From the IMG/VR virus record IMGVR_UViG_2778261299_000009: 8,657 bases of DNA; one strand, given 5' to 3'. Both the position numbers and the translations under genes were made by a program. How positions within the stretch are numbered: position 1 is the stretch's first letter; every line of letters begins with the position of its first letter. The DNA is from a virus. Taxonomy: Duplodnaviria; Heunggongvirae; Uroviricota; Caudoviricetes. Positions 6,797 to 8,657 of the stretch are shown here, in pieces. Below the pieces are notes generated by a model. That model saw only the letters and a list, made by a program, of their open reading frames with translations, was not told where the DNA came from and did not search any database.

Positions 6797-6825
6797 TAAG
6801 CGAAACAGCACCGCGAGGAATCAGT

Positions 6826-7044
6826 ATGCAGAAACGAGAACCCGTCATCATCGCGCCAGACTATACCGATGATGAACTTTATGAGTGGATGCGCCAGAAA
6901 ATTAATGCAGCGCAGGATCTGAAATGGGCTAATGAAGCCAGGGCTAAGCAGGCTGAAAATCTGTCCGCTCTGGAGCAGGATATCACCAATCTGGAAAAAG
7001 CAGCGGCATTAAGCATTGCCAGAATGATTACATACCCGCGTTAG
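6826..7044 (+). CDS. ydfC: YdfC-like protein (72 aa)
   Basis: ATG at 6826 preceded by GAGGAA; the product has a coiled-coil-like C-terminus. Confidence 0.8.
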   Translation: MQKREPVIIAPDYTDDELYEWMRQKINAAQDLKWANEARAKQAENLSALEQDITNLEKAAALSIARMITYPR

Positions 7045-7384
7045 TAGCTAATCAACAAAGCTAAGGTTAGTAATTAAGGAGTTCTCCACGGGTGAGGTGG
7101 AGTGCGTGCGCCGGACACGGGTGCGCATCCGGAACTGACAGTTTACTGAAAGGATATTTCCCTGAAAAGTCAGACCATAACGCGAAAGCGCACGGCGAGG
7201 TAGCTGGTTCATAGATAGCCTGTCGTTAAATTTTCGTCGACCGTGCGCTTCCGGTTGTGGCAACCCGCGAAATGGCGCGGCGGTAAGTATGGCGGGGTTA
7301 TTCCTTCCCCGTTGAGGACACCGGGTTGTCAGGTTGACCATACGCTTAAGTGACAACCCCGCTGCAACGCCCTCTGTTATCAAT

Positions 7385-7442
7385 TTTCTGGTGACGTTTG
7401 GCGGTATCAGTTTTACTCCGTGACTGCTCTGCCGCCCTTTTT
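7385..7442 (+). ncRNA. dicF: DicF small RNA (ftsZ-targeting sRNA of Qin-type prophages)
   Basis: TTTCTGGTGACGTTTGGCGGTATCAGTTTTACTCCGTGACTGCTCTGCCGCCCTTTTT matches DicF as I recall it, and it lies between ydfC and dicB as in K-12. GGCGG/CCGCC stem plus a T-run at the 3' end. Confidence 0.7.
7399..7442 (+). terminator. Intrinsic terminator-like 3' end of DicF
   Basis: GC stem GGCGG (7400-7404) pairing with CCGCC (7432-7436), followed by TTTTT (7438-7442). Confidence 0.45.
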
Positions 7443-7611
7443 AAAGTGAATTTTGTGATGTGGTGAATGCGGCTGAGCGCACGCGGAACAGTTAAAACCA
7501 AAAACAGTGTTATGGGTGGATTCTCTGTATCCGGCGTTAATTGTTAACTGGTTAACGTCACCTGGAGGCACCAGGCACTGCATCACAAAATTCATTGTTG
7601 AGGACGCGATA

Positions 7612-8657
<1,046 letters not shown>

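Noticed and set aside
6417-6872. ORFs 6417-6683(-), 6614-6811(-) and 6663-6872(+)
   Set aside because: They overlap the ydfA and ydfB frames, which are better supported by ATG starts, ribosome-binding sites and operon order; the track's ydfA start at 6433 is a TTG.

Overview
This window reads as a mosaic piece of a lambdoid, Qin/Kim-like cryptic prophage from an E. coli-like enterobacterium, with an insertion sequence at each edge. All gene-family and gene-name assignments are from reading the translations and from memory of E. coli K-12 Qin; no database search was run. Left to right: (1) an IS-type DDE transposase (376-1689, minus strand) bracketed by a 12-bp inverted repeat. (2) About 1.5 kb (1.9-3.35 kb) with no ORF long enough for the supplied track, but holding small minus-strand ORFs, a candidate amber-interrupted pseudogene and several stable hairpins and palindromes. 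(3) A minus-strand early operon reading Cro-like DicC > YdaT-like (CII-position) protein > lambda-O-like replication initiator > 140-aa unknown > minimal DNA methyltransferase. The initiator carries a roughly 23-bp-period iteron array inside its own coding sequence, which I take to be the phage origin. (4) The divergent dicC/dicA immunity switch with a perfect 8-4-8 palindromic operator. (5) The plus-strand dicB operon: ydfA, ydfB, ydfC, a highly structured spacer, the DicF sRNA, dicB, and a ydfD-like ORF that runs into (6) the end of an IS21-family element, of which the IstB helper gene is present and 5'-truncated by the window edge. Several ORFs in the supplied track begin with TTG or GTG translated as M, so I re-derived starts where an ATG with a ribosome-binding site was evident. 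I found no complete novel multi-gene system; the most interesting items are the gene-embedded origin, the shared operator motif linking the immunity switch to the dicB operon promoter, the RNA structures around dicF, and the unannotated small ORFs in the decayed region.
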